DNA of 64,000 bases. Origin: Antedon mediterranea (Eukaryota > Animalia > Echinodermata). Each line of letters begins with the position of its first letter. Position 1 is the first letter of the stretch. This document shows positions 63,467 through 64,000 of this stretch, piece after piece. A model generated the notes under the pieces. It made no database searches, was not told the DNA's origin, and saw only the letters and a program-made list of their open reading frames with translations. A program made the position numbers and the translations under genes. The stretch lies in assembly GCF_964355755.1 (NCBI RefSeq), contig NC_092678.1, positions 15,107,681 through 15,171,680 of the forward strand, in the 5' to 3' direction.

Positions 63467-64000
63467 GTTAGTTGATTGTTTATTTTTTCCAACTCATCCA
63501 ATGTTTCTAGTTTCAGTTTGAATTATCAAGATGTACTGTAGGCTATAACATTTTTCCTTTTTGTCTTAACATCAATAAAACAAATATTATTTAAAATGAA
63601 CAGGGGTGGATCTATGATTTTTTTAATGGAGAGCTACATATAATATTATAGTAGTTCATAATTTCAGTTTTATCTGTAAAAAGGAGGGAGTTTGCCCTAA
63701 GTGCAACGCCCTGGATCCACCCATGTTAATAATTGACAAAAGGGACCTACATATTTTTGTAAATTACATTAAGGCAAGGTTTACAATTGAAAGGGAATTA
63801 GTTTTGAAAAACATTCATTTTTACCTAATAACAATTATAATGTCAATACAGCCTTGTAGAATAACATCAAATAATGGTAAAACAAGCTATCGTGTTTAAA
63901 GAAAGTTATAGTAATAATAATAATATTCATACTATTAGATCAACAAACGAAATTCTCTACCAAATCACATAAAATCTGAACTTCATAATTAGTCCTTTAC

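Noticed and set aside
63601-63726. hAT-like MITE caggggtggatc...gatccacccatg
   Set aside because: Plausible TIRs but no matching TSD found; not reported as a feature

Overview
AT-rich, intron-rich animal genomic DNA (probably a marine invertebrate; taxon is inference only). Almost the whole window is one + strand host gene that the ORF track largely misses because its exons are short. I assembled 32 GT-AG exons (about 4.1 kb, about 1,370 codons, no internal stop) encoding ankyrin repeats - Roc GTPase - COR - linker microexons - ZU5 - UPA-like - Pro/Thr-rich microexons. The gene starts before and ends after the window. Each ankyrin repeat sits on its own phase-0 exon in a young tandemly duplicated array. 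The ZU5 ends in an HFC motif that matches the HF/S autoproteolysis site of PIDD1/UNC5CL. The introns hold many mobile elements: a non-autonomous Helitron carrying a nested three-LTR Gypsy element with an extra 248-aa ORF, a complete but doubly frameshifted ISL2EU DNA transposon, a degenerate CR1/L2-group LINE, an EnSpm-like element, Kolobok-like TTAA elements, a MULE-like MITE, SINEs and LINE fragments. Exon boundaries were read by eye and need RNA confirmation.
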